This document shows positions 26,030 to 35,083 of a DNA stretch of 64,000 nt, in pieces. The stretch comes from Flavobacterium selenitireducens (GTDB lineage Bacteria > Bacteroidota > Bacteroidia > Flavobacteriales > Flavobacteriaceae). The stretch lies in assembly GCF_014748335.1 (NCBI RefSeq), contig NZ_JAAVIY010000002.1, positions 162,840 to 226,839 of the forward strand. Direction: 5' to 3'. The notes beneath the pieces are model-generated. The model had not been told where the DNA came from. It searched no databases and saw only the letters and a program-made list of their open reading frames with translations. Both the position numbers and the translations under genes were made by a program. The stretch's first letter is position 1. Every line of letters starts with the position of its first letter.

Positions 26030-29000
26030 TCATTTGGACTGTTGCCCCAAAATGTCCTTGATTTGGCCCAGATGTCCTGTGAATTCGGCAAATTGTTGTA
26101 ATAGCAATGCCATTTCGCTCTTATCGCCGAAACCTTTGAGCTTGTTGTTTTTGACAAATGTCTGTTTGATCGTCTCCCAGCGTTCGTTTTCGACTTCCGA
26201 TAAAGTGCCGGTCAACTCCTTATATTTCAATAAATTGGCTTCTGCCGCGCTCGTCAGCGTTTGCGTTTCGTTCTGATAATGCGAGAGCAATAGCGTTGCG
26301 ATTTCAGAATCATTCATGACCGGTTCTACCTTGGCTACGAGCTTGTTCATGTCGCGGTACGAACCCTGAAGCTTGAACGGCGGTTCTGTGCGGTAGGCAT
26401 CTTCCATGGCGGCGGAAGCGATGTAAGCAGCATTCGCCTGCAACACCACGCGTCTCACTTTGAGGATTTTTTCCAAAAGCGACAGGTAAGTTTCGACATC
26501 TTGCCTGGTGTGGTTCCCAACGAGGTCGAAGCCGTCTTTCTGACCCGTCTCAGCCATTTTTACCAACGGATACAAATCGTCCATATTTCGCGCCAGTTGT
26601 GCCAAAACAGGATTTGCGGTCATGGAATTTTCGATTAGGCTCAATTCGAAAAGGTGTGAAGTATTCCCGATCACGTCGCCGAGGTTGTAAATATCAGCAC
26701 GGTTGGCAAGCATATCTGGAATGCGGAATTTCTCGCCTGTTTCCGTATACGGATTCCCCGCCATGACGACGCAGAATTTCTTCGATTTCAAATCATACGT
26801 TTTGGCCTGACCGTTATGGACACCCTCGATTTTGCGCGTTCCGTCTGCAAGTGAGATGAATTTTTGAAGAAACTCAGGGCTGCAATGTTGGATATCGTCG
26901 AGGTAGAGCATGACGTTGTTGCCCATTTCCAAAGCAAGGTTGAGCTTCTTGAGTTCTTCACGCGCGGCCGAATTCGTAGCCGACATCGGGTCGACGGACG
27001 TGATTTCGTGTCCGATCGCCGGCCCGTTGATTTTCATGAAGACCAGTCCGAGGCGGTTGGCCAGATATTCCATCAACGTCGTTTTGCCATAACCCGGAGG
27101 CGAAACCAACAACAACATGCCCGATCGGTCAGTGCGTTTGCTATCGCCCGAACTTCCGATCTGTTTGGCGAGATTGTCCCCGAACAAAGGCAGGTAAACC
27201 TGGTCGATCAATTTATTCCTGACAAATGAGGTCAGCACTTTCGGAAGGAACTCGTGAAGGCGCAATTCGTGCTTGAGTTGCTGTGTCAATTGGTGGCGCT
27301 GCTCGCGGAATCGCTCAAAAGCCGGGACATCGGTCTCGAAATAGCGCTTGAGCAAAGCCATGAAATCGTGATAATGGAACTGGAAAACGCCGTCGGTAAT
27401 CGTCGGATGCGATCCGGCGAGGCCTGATATAATTTCTTCCGGTTCGATTCCCGAGACTTTTTCGGCCGATTCATGCCGGAACAACAGCAAGGCGACAACT
27501 TCATAGAGATAGTCAGACAAACTATCGCCGTTCGATTGCCGATTGCCGGCCTCGTCCAAATAAGACGAAACCCATTGGATCGCCAGTTGCAAGGCTGTCG
27601 TGTCATCAGCCGATTCCAGACTGCGCCTAAAACTTGCCAGCGCGCCCTTGGACTCGAGCATCTTTGTAAAATTCTCGGCAATTTCAGATGCGCGTCGGCT
27701 AACGTGGAAAGCGTCGTCGGTTTTTAGCTCTTCGAACAAATAACGCGCGATTTCCGAAACATCAACGTTGGCATTTTTCGAAATCGGGTTGCCGGCTAAA
27801 AACGAAGCCGCATTCTGTTCCAGTTCATCGACAATATATTCGAATTCCGTGCTCTGAGGAAAAACCGCCAAAACATTGCCCGACGCCTTGATTTTAGCGT
27901 TGAGCGCATTTCGCGAATCGGCATTGAGATGAAACCAGACGAATTGTGCGAACGCGCGTGTTGTTGGCGAAAAACGCAGCAGTTTCAGGTTGTTGTGTTT
28001 GTTGACCAACACCGTCAGGATTTTGAGTGCGTCCGCGTCGTGCACGCCTTTTACGTAACCTTCGGTATAATTTTTTGAAGTTTCGTCCTTGACGATGGCC
28101 TCGAGTTCTTCGTGTGTCAAGCCGTAAAGTGCGGCAGCACCTCTGTTTTCGAAGATTTTGTAGGCCAAATAGGCCGCGCGGTATATTTCGGCATTTTCCG
28201 AAATCAAATCCTGGGACCAATACTTTTGCAGATCATGAAGCGCATTCTCGGAAATTTCCTGGTAAAAATCGGTTCCCGTCAAATGATAATTCAGTTTGTT
28301 CTCTTTATAGACGATCGTCAAATCGAGCGGCTGCTTGTTGACCGCAAATTTGTGCTTGCCTAACCGGATGATGTTTTCTCCGTCTTCGTACAAATCCTGT
28401 TTGTCCCTGAGTTTGCGCATCGCATCTTCCTGGGCGGACTTGAGCTGTGTTTCTATGGCTTCGGCCTTGCCCGTGTCTTCCAACTGTTGCAATTGGGAAA
28501 CGAGATCGCGCAGTTTCGAGATCATCAAATCGGAAGCGAAATAACCGTTGATTTCCTCTGCGGAATTGAATGTCAACGCCTTTGACGCTACATTTTTGAG
28601 AATGCGTCCCGAGGCAGATTCTATGGCCACCGCTTTTTTGTTCCTGACTTCGACCAGGCTGTTTTTCCGAGCCTCGAAAGCGGCGTAAATTTCTTCCCGC
28701 TTTTCAAGAATGGAGGCCGTAAATTCTTCGTAATCTGCAAAACGGGCCTCGAGATCTTCGAGTTGTATCGAGATCTTGTTGAGCGACTCATCGGCTTTTT
28801 CAGGTGTGGTCGCGCGGTCGATCGCATTTACGATGGCTTGGTCGACCAGCTTGATTTGGGCGGCAAAATCGGCTCTTGCTTCTTGTCCGCCAAGCGATGC
28901 CACCTTGTTTTTGATGTCGGCCTTGAGCCGGTTCAGCGAGGCAAAAATAAGCGAGATCGAGTTGATGATTTGCGTCGATTTCGAAGTGTCGGCGATCTTG

Positions 29001-30886
29001 AGGTTGGATACGATGTCGATGAGCATTTCGAGGTCGGACGTAATGGTATCGACTTCTTCCTCCAGGCTTTTTGCCTGGGCCACGGTCGTGATTTTCCCAA
29101 GGTCTTTTTGTTTTTCAGAAACGCGGTCTTGGTAAGGTACGAGCGCCTTTTCGTCCATCAGGAACTGAACGCAGTGCTGGGAGATGACTTCGGTTTGGGC
29201 GACAATTTCGGCTTCGATTTCGGCAATGAACGTTTCGTCGACGTATCGGATGTCGCGCAAACTGATGACCTCTCCTCTCAAAGTGCGCAATCCTGATAAA
29301 TCCGCTACGAAAACGTCGATGTTGTCGAGAGGGGAACTCTTGATTTTGGTGAAAAGCGATTCGGCTTTTTCGCGGACCGCCTCAGTCGTTTTGGCCGCAT
29401 TGGCACGCAATTGCACGACTTTTTCGAATTCGTCGATCGCGGTATTGGCCGTGTTCCTGATTTCCGTCAACGGAAGATGCAGCTCGAACGTTTCTTTGCT
29501 CGTAATCCAGTAATAACCGTCGAGAATGTTCTGGGCGAGCCGCGTCAGGTCTGCATACAAACCGTCGTAGTCGTCGTCTTTGCTGAGCAATGTGATGATC
29601 GAATGGCAATCGGCCATTGCTTTTACGATGTCCTTGTTCCCGATTTTGTAGAGAAAGCTGTCTTTGTGCTCGGTTGGCATCACATCCCCTTTTACAAAAG
29701 GTGTCTGCCAAATCTGGACGAGATGGTTTTTGGTGTGTTCGGCCTCGGCCCTGAAATAGCACAACTCGCCGTTTTCTAGAATTGTAAATCCGTTGCAGAT
29801 GATGGGCGTCGTAACCTCGTGCGTGATCAGGTTGTATTGCATCAGCACATACTGACCGGATTTTTCCTCATAAAAAACGTAGAGGAAATCTTCTCCGTTG
29901 GGAGAAGTAATCCTTTCCTGGAACAAAAGGTTTTGCAAGCTGGTTTCGAAAATCTTATACTCGCCCGTCTGGAGGTAATAGCCGTTCGAGAAGATCAGAC
30001 CGTGTTGATCCGGCAGCAAAATCGCCGAAGTCGAGAGGCTGTCAATTTTCTTGACTTCCTGTAATTTGTGGTTGTAGATAAAAAATCGCGCCGCTTCCTG
30101 AAACGGTTTGATTTGTAATGCGATGAGGTTTCCGAGGTCGGCGAATTGGTAGTTTCCGTCGTCGAGCGTCTGGTCGGCGTGCATGACTTCTTCGTCATAA
30201 ATTCCCTTTCCCGTGCTGGTGTTGTCTTCGATTTTTATCGTCAAGGTTCCGCCGATGGTTTCCACAAAAACCTTGTCCAGTATCGAAACGTGCTGGAACT
30301 TTCCGTATCGCTGCATTTCGCGTGTGGCTTCCTGCCAGTTGAAATCGTGTTGTCGCGGATATTTGTATTCGCTGTCGCTGCGGTTATCCTGGTAAAAAAG
30401 CGTATCGTCTTTGATAAGCCACTTGAATGTCTTGATGTCGGTCAAGCGGTCGCTGAGCTGGAAGACCATGTGCAGGTAATTCCCGGTAACGAAAAATTTG
30501 CGGAACTCCGTATCGCGATAATATTTGTAGAGATTGAAGAAGTCGTCGAGGAACGTTGCATCTGCGATGAAATCCATGTTTTGCTGATGAAACTCTCCGT
30601 TTTCATACGTGTAAATGCTAAAGACGTCTTCCGTCTTGATGTCCGTTCTCAGGCCAAAATGCACATTGTAGCCAAAAATGCAGGTATTGCCCAGGCAAAC
30701 GATATCGCTGGGAATGCAATTGTTCTCGGTAATGATGCGGTTGTTGCCTATAAGTTTGGTTTCGGTACTTCCGAAAATCAGCTTTCGCGCCTCGTTCAAT
30801 TGCTGCAGCCTGCCCGCCAAATCCTGTTTTTGGGCGTCGAGCCTGCTGCGTATGATTTCATATGTACCGCCTTCGAGTGTACTCAT
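26030..30886 (-). CDS. Giant (1618 aa) protein with C-terminal AAA_5-type ATPase domain
   Basis: The C-terminal approximately 350 aa carry Walker A (LLLVSPPGYGKTTL), Walker B (VMLYLDDIQH) and downstream blocks typical of the dynein/MoxR/McrB-like AAA_5 family (CVVMAGNP, IPDMLANRADIY). The preceding approximately 1250 aa are predicted helical/coiled-coil-rich with no recognised catalytic motif. It is the last gene of the psp/flotillin operon. Confidence 0.85.
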   Translation of the reverse strand: MSTLEGGTYEIIRSRLDAQKQDLAGRLQQLNEARKLIFGSTETKLIGNNRIITENNCIPSDIVCLGNTCIFGYNVHFGLRTDIKTEDVFSIYTYENGEFHQQNMDFIADATFLDDFFNLYKYYRDTEFRKFFVTGNYLHMVFQLSDRLTDIKTFKWLIKDDTLFYQDNRSDSEYKYPRQHDFNWQEATREMQRYGKFQHVSILDKVFVETIGGTLTIKIEDNTSTGKGIYDEEVMHADQTLDDGNYQFADLGNLIALQIKPFQEAARFFIYNHKLQEVKKIDSLSTSAILLPDQHGLIFSNGYYLQTGEYKIFETSLQNLLFQERITSPNGEDFLYVFYEEKSGQYVLMQYNLITHEVTTPIICNGFTILENGELCYFRAEAEHTKNHLVQIWQTPFVKGDVMPTEHKDSFLYKIGNKDIVKAMADCHSIITLLSKDDDYDGLYADLTRLAQNILDGYYWITSKETFELHLPLTEIRNTANTAIDEFEKVVQLRANAAKTTEAVREKAESLFTKIKSSPLDNIDVFVADLSGLRTLRGEVISLRDIRYVDETFIAEIEAEIVAQTEVISQHCVQFLMDEKALVPYQDRVSEKQKDLGKITTVAQAKSLEEEVDTITSDLEMLIDIVSNLKIADTSKSTQIINSISLIFASLNRLKADIKNKVASLGGQEARADFAAQIKLVDQAIVNAIDRATTPEKADESLNKISIQLEDLEARFADYEEFTASILEKREEIYAAFEARKNSLVEVRNKKAVAIESASGRILKNVASKALTFNSAEEINGYFASDLMISKLRDLVSQLQQLEDTGKAEAIETQLKSAQEDAMRKLRDKQDLYEDGENIIRLGKHKFAVNKQPLDLTIVYKENKLNYHLTGTDFYQEISENALHDLQKYWSQDLISENAEIYRAAYLAYKIFENRGAAALYGLTHEELEAIVKDETSKNYTEGYVKGVHDADALKILTVLVNKHNNLKLLRFSPTTRAFAQFVWFHLNADSRNALNAKIKASGNVLAVFPQSTEFEYIVDELEQNAASFLAGNPISKNANVDVSEIARYLFEELKTDDAFHVSRRASEIAENFTKMLESKGALASFRRSLESADDTTALQLAIQWVSSYLDEAGNRQSNGDSLSDYLYEVVALLLFRHESAEKVSGIEPEEIISGLAGSHPTITDGVFQFHYHDFMALLKRYFETDVPAFERFREQRHQLTQQLKHELRLHEFLPKVLTSFVRNKLIDQVYLPLFGDNLAKQIGSSGDSKRTDRSGMLLLVSPPGYGKTTLMEYLANRLGLVFMKINGPAIGHEITSVDPMSATNSAAREELKKLNLALEMGNNVMLYLDDIQHCSPEFLQKFISLADGTRKIEGVHNGQAKTYDLKSKKFCVVMAGNPYTETGEKFRIPDMLANRADIYNLGDVIGNTSHLFELSLIENSMTANPVLAQLARNMDDLYPLVKMAETGQKDGFDLVGNHTRQDVETYLSLLEKILKVRRVVLQANAAYIASAAMEDAYRTEPPFKLQGSYRDMNKLVAKVEPVMNDSEIATLLLSHYQNETQTLTSAAEANLLKYKELTGTLSEVENERWETIKQTFVKNNKLKGFGDKSEMALLLQQFAEFTGHLGQIKDILGQQSK

Positions 30887-30970
30887 GTGTTCTTTTTTTG
30901 ATTTTCCCGATGTCAGGGCAAATAAGAAACCCGCGTAGAAGTTACGCGGGAAACTGTTGTTCTAAGGGTA

Positions 30971-33031
30971 TCAGCCGAGCTTCTTCCCGGACAATCCAAG
31001 GTTTTTGGCCATGTCCGTCAATTTCGAAAACAGGCTTTTCTCGCCTTCGTCATTGCTTCGGTTTTGCAGTTCGACGAGCAATCCGGCAACAGTCAGATTT
31101 TTGATGTCTTCGGATGAAATCCCGTATTTATCGGCAAAACCTTTGATCCTGTCAAGCAGGTTGCCGTCTGCTTCCGATCCTTCTCCCAAAATCGCATCCT
31201 TGATCTCGGTAATGTTTTCCGAATGGTTCACCAGTCTGTCGAAACCTTTGGCGCGCGTGATTTGCCCGACGATTTGGTCGAAGAACATCGTTTCGCCTCC
31301 CACGATATCGATCTTCGCGGCTTTCAACGCTTCCCCGATCACATTGGCCTGGGCATCGGCAATGTCCTTTTGGATGTTGATGTGGGCCAAATCGACCTGA
31401 AGTTCCTTGTTGAGACGCAACTTGAATTCCTCGTGTTCTTTCCCGACGCCATCCAGTTTTTTCATTGCTTCCGCTTTTTCCTGGATTCCGAGTGCTTCCG
31501 CGAGTGCTTTTTCCTTGATGACTTCGGCTTCCATCGCGCCCAACTGGAGTTCGGCTTCGGCTTTGGCCTTGATTCCGGCGGCTTCGGCAACGGCTTTCTT
31601 CTCGATGATCACAGATTCTACGATTCCCTGTCTCTCGCTGGCATCGGCTTTGGCATGCATCACTTGTGCTTCGGAAAGTCCTAGCGTAGCGTCTTCTTTG
31701 GCTTTTGCGTCGGCCAAAATCTTCCTGGCTTCAGCCTCTTTCTCGCTTGCCGCCATCCTTGCCGTGGCCTCGATGTTGATTTCCTCCGCTTTTTGTTTGG
31801 CAGCTTCTTTTTCTGCTTCGGCAGCTTTCAAGCGCTTGATGTAAAGCTCCTCACTTTCTTTTTCGGCGAGCGTGACGGCCACTTTTTTCTGGCGATCGGC
31901 TTCCTTGAACGCCTCGATGTCCTTCATGTTTTCCTGTTCCTGGACGACTCCTTTTTCGAGCACGACGCGATCGCGGATTACGTTCTGGATGTTTTTTCGC
32001 TCGACCTCGACGGCTTTTTCTTTTTCGATTTGCGCCAACGTCACGATGCGTTCTCTTTCGGTTTGCTCGAGTGCGCGATCTTTTTCGACTCTTTCTGTTT
32101 CTACGGCTTCGGTTCGCTGCTTGTTCTTGGATGCCACGATCACGAGCCTGTCTTTGTTCTCTTCGGCCACCATTACTTTTTCGGTAGTGTTGATGCGTGC
32201 CGTTTCAGACTTCAATCGCTCTTCCTCATTGACTTTGATGATCTCGGCTTCCTCTCGCGCCTTGATGTTGGCGATTTCGCGTTTTTGCTGTTCTTCTTTT
32301 TCGGCCAATTGTCGGTCGAGGGCCAGGATCGCTTCTTTGGCTTCTACGTCTTGTTTGCGGATGGTTTTCTCTTCGTCCCGACGGATCAGGTTGGCCTTGA
32401 TATTTTGCGCCGCGGTCAACTCCGTAATTTTTTTGATACCTTCCGAGTCGAGGATATTGTCGGCTTTGAGCTGGGAAAGCGGCGTTTGTTCCAAGTCGTC
32501 TATTGCGCAGTCGTCGAGGACATATCCGTTAAGGTCGGTTCCGATGATCGAAATGATTTCCTCGCGGAATTCGCTCCTGGCTTCGTACAATTCGACAAAA
32601 TCGAACTTCTTTCCGACGGTTTTCAACGCTTCCGAAAACTTTGCGTCAAACAGGTTTCTCAATACGTCTATTTCAGAAGCGCGTTCACAACCGATGGTTT
32701 GCGCAACGTTGATGATGTCGGCTGTCGATTTGTTGATCTTGATGAAAAACGTCACCTTGATATCTGCGCGGATGTTGTCTTTACAGATCAACCCGTTCAC
32801 GCCGGTGCGTTCTACGTCGAGTTTCTTTACGGAAATATCCATGATTTCCATTTTGTGCAATACAGGGACGACAAGCCCGGCGTTGAAGAACACTTTAGTC
32901 CCGCCGGCTCCCGTGCGCACGATGACTTTCCCTTGGATTATTTTTTTGTACATCGAAATGACCCACACCAACAGTCCGATGACGACGACAATGATGGCAA
33001 TCATAGTAATGAGTAGCGAATTTCCTAGCAT
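30971..33031 (-). CDS. Flotillin-like SPFH/band-7 protein (YqiK/FloT type)
   Basis: An N-terminal TM helix is followed by an SPFH domain (IVRTGAGGTKVFFNAGLVVPVLH...). A long EA-rich coiled coil (KAEAELQLGAMEAE...) follows. The product is 686 aa. Confidence 0.88.
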   Translation of the reverse strand: MLGNSLLITMIAIIVVVIGLLVWVISMYKKIIQGKVIVRTGAGGTKVFFNAGLVVPVLHKMEIMDISVKKLDVERTGVNGLICKDNIRADIKVTFFIKINKSTADIINVAQTIGCERASEIDVLRNLFDAKFSEALKTVGKKFDFVELYEARSEFREEIISIIGTDLNGYVLDDCAIDDLEQTPLSQLKADNILDSEGIKKITELTAAQNIKANLIRRDEEKTIRKQDVEAKEAILALDRQLAEKEEQQKREIANIKAREEAEIIKVNEEERLKSETARINTTEKVMVAEENKDRLVIVASKNKQRTEAVETERVEKDRALEQTERERIVTLAQIEKEKAVEVERKNIQNVIRDRVVLEKGVVQEQENMKDIEAFKEADRQKKVAVTLAEKESEELYIKRLKAAEAEKEAAKQKAEEINIEATARMAASEKEAEARKILADAKAKEDATLGLSEAQVMHAKADASERQGIVESVIIEKKAVAEAAGIKAKAEAELQLGAMEAEVIKEKALAEALGIQEKAEAMKKLDGVGKEHEEFKLRLNKELQVDLAHINIQKDIADAQANVIGEALKAAKIDIVGGETMFFDQIVGQITRAKGFDRLVNHSENITEIKDAILGEGSEADGNLLDRIKGFADKYGISSEDIKNLTVAGLLVELQNRSNDEGEKSLFSKLTDMAKNLGLSGKKLG

Positions 33032-33071
33032 TTGTGTTTGTTTATTTGGTGAATATTTAAAGGTTTTGGTT

Positions 33072-33725
33072 TCAGTAGTCGAACTTCTCGACGAGGTAAT
33101 ATTTCTTGTCTGCGCTTTCGCCGACGATGACGCCTTGTTCGCCCGGCTTGAGGATTTCGTCTGTATTGCTCCGGGCGTAGAGTTTCATCGGATCGCCGTT
33201 CACGACAAGTTCGATTTGCCCGGTCTTGTCCGCGGCCACAGACGAAAGCACACCACAGCGTCTTCCGAGGAAATCGATTTCCGGCTCACCTTTGTGGTTC
33301 AGCTGTTTGTAAAGGTAACCGAGCGGTTTGCTGAAAAGCTTGACGACGAAAAGACTCAGGATGAAGTTTGGAATCAGCAATAAGAAACCTAGGAGCGTAC
33401 TTTCGATTCCTGTGTAATAGGTAACGTTCACGCCTATGAGCCACATGCTGAAAAAAATGATGGTCAGGATGAACATCAGCGGCAGTTCGTCGAAATTGAA
33501 ATATTCTAGCACTTTAATGAATCCGTTGCCCTCATGCGCGTTTCCGCTTCCGGAAGGGTCGTGGTCGAAATTGCTCCCGACGTCGGCTGAATCAAAGTCG
33601 ATGCTGAACGCATCCGGATCGAGGCCGGCGATAATGACCAAGATCCAATAAAGCAGCATGGCGATGGACATTATCGTGAAAAAGGCGTTGACGGGCGAAA
33701 ACGAGATTTCTAAAAGTTCTTTCAT
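33072..33725 (-). CDS. NfeD/YqiJ-like membrane protein with C-terminal OB-fold
   Basis: A 217-aa product with two or three TM helices (IMSIAMLLYWILVIIAGL, LMFILTIIFFSMWLIGV, LLGFLLLIPNFILSLFVV). The soluble C-terminal beta-rich domain (GEPEIDFLGRRCGVLSSV...QIELVVNGD) resembles YqiJ/YuaF. It lies immediately upstream of flotillin, as in yqiJ-yqiK. Confidence 0.7.
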   Translation of the reverse strand: MKELLEISFSPVNAFFTIMSIAMLLYWILVIIAGLDPDAFSIDFDSADVGSNFDHDPSGSGNAHEGNGFIKVLEYFNFDELPLMFILTIIFFSMWLIGVNVTYYTGIESTLLGFLLLIPNFILSLFVVKLFSKPLGYLYKQLNHKGEPEIDFLGRRCGVLSSVAADKTGQIELVVNGDPMKLYARSNTDEILKPGEQGVIVGESADKKYYLVEKFDY

Positions 33726-33770
33726 AAGTTATTTTGCGCGAGCGGTGAATTAGGCGTCCTGATATTGCAA

Positions 33771-34484
33771 TCAGTCATTCTTGCCGTTTATACCGAGTTG
33801 TTCTTTGAGCTTTTCCAATTCGCTGTTTGCTTTCGATTTCTTGACGTCTACGGCTTTGTTGATTTCGGCATCTATTGATTTTGACGAATTGGCGATGTCG
33901 CCATACGCTTCGGCGAGCGCCTCTTCCTGGTTGACTTTTTCTTTCATGCGTTCCAGCAAAGCGATCGTCCCGTTTCCGTCGATCCGGGCCATCTGTTTGT
34001 TGAGGCTTTTGGTGGCATCGGCCACTTTGACGCGCGAACGCAAGATCTTGAGCTCGTTTTCCCACTTGGAGATATTTTGCTTGATCGTCTGCACGTTTCC
34101 TTCCATTTGCAGGACGTTCTGGTCGAATTTTTCCTTGTCGGAAATTGCGCGGTCCTTGAGCTGGATCGCTTCTTCTTTCTTGACCAAAGCTTCGGTTGCC
34201 AAGCGGTCGGCTTCTGCCGGTTCCATGCCTCCGTTTTGAGCTTTTTTCAACAGCAGCATCGCTTTTTCATTGTAGTCTTCGGCTTTTTCCTCATAGTCGC
34301 CGACCTCTTTTTTGGCTCGGATGCTCATCGCCTTGACCTGCGCCAGGGCTTCGAGGGCTTTGTCCAGGTCTTCTTTCATATCCCGGATGCCTTGTTCGGT
34401 CATCTTTATCGGATCTTCCATATTGTCAATTGCGTGGTGGACTTCGGCTTGCCCGATCTTGAAAAGTCGTCTCAGGAATTTCAT
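33771..34484 (-). CDS. PspA/IM30 (Vipp1/ESCRT-III-like) family protein
   Basis: The N-terminus MKFLRRLFKIGQAEVHHAIDNMEDPIKMTEQGIRDM matches the conserved start of PspA/YjfJ proteins (...EDP.K...Q.IRDM). A 237-aa, all-helical, coiled-coil product. Confidence 0.85.
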   Translation of the reverse strand: MKFLRRLFKIGQAEVHHAIDNMEDPIKMTEQGIRDMKEDLDKALEALAQVKAMSIRAKKEVGDYEEKAEDYNEKAMLLLKKAQNGGMEPAEADRLATEALVKKEEAIQLKDRAISDKEKFDQNVLQMEGNVQTIKQNISKWENELKILRSRVKVADATKSLNKQMARIDGNGTIALLERMKEKVNQEEALAEAYGDIANSSKSIDAEINKAVDVKKSKANSELEKLKEQLGINGKND

Positions 34485-34488
34485 GGTG

Positions 34489-34884
34489 TCAGTTTTTAGA
34501 AAAGTTAATAATCTGTTCGGAATACTCGCTCAGCAACAAACTAAGCGAGTTGAGCGTCGCATTGAACTCATTGAGGTCAAGGTTTTCGAGTTGAAGCGAG
34601 TCCCGAAAGATCACCTTTCTTCCCGTTTCATCAAGGACAAATGCGCCGTGTATGATATCGCGGTTCTTTTTGAGCAATTCCTTGTAGATCAAAGGGGAAT
34701 CTGATTTGATTTCGAAAAGGAACTGTTCAAAAATAACGATTGGATAGGCCACACAAATGATAAGGTTGAAGATGCCTTCCTGTTCGCTGCTCGCGATAAG
34801 AACACATTCGTTGCGGTTCTCATATTTAATCTCGAGCTCGAGGTGGGTCAGATAGCCCTTGACAACATCGAAATAGTCCTTCAT
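34489..34884 (-). CDS. Small cytoplasmic hypothetical protein, possibly YjfI/DUF2170-like PspA partner
   Basis: A 131-aa ORF sitting 4 nt upstream of the PspA-family gene. The size and position mirror E. coli yjfI-yjfJ. The family is not verified. Confidence 0.5.
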   Translation of the reverse strand: MKDYFDVVKGYLTHLELEIKYENRNECVLIASSEQEGIFNLIICVAYPIVIFEQFLFEIKSDSPLIYKELLKKNRDIIHGAFVLDETGRKVIFRDSLQLENLDLNEFNATLNSLSLLLSEYSEQIINFSKN

Positions 34885-35083
34885 AAATGGAATTTTGGTT
34901 GGTGATAAAACTCGCTTTTTTGTGCTTTACAGTCAAATTAAATTGGCAGTTTGTGATTCAATTTCAGCAATTTTCATAAAATTGCTCAAAGCGTTGGCCA
35001 AATTGCTATATTTGCTAATAACAATAGCACAAATATAAAACCTGTTTTCATATTTGCAAATATTTTTAGCAATTTTTAGTAGC

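Noticed and set aside
31005-33383. Plus-strand ORFs of 407 and 503 aa (31793..33016, 31872..33383), plus several shorter ones, antisense to the flotillin gene.
   Set aside because: They are antisense to a well-supported SPFH/coiled-coil gene. Their products are extreme low-complexity sequence (F/S/L-rich) generated by the GAA/GCT-rich coiled-coil codons read backwards.
35054-35083. ORF-track start of the XRE/S24 regulator at 35054 (MQIFLAIFSS...).
   Set aside because: The extra 10 codons are hydrophobic and lie inside the AT-rich promoter region. The Met immediately preceding the HTH (35084) gives a canonical XRE N-terminus.
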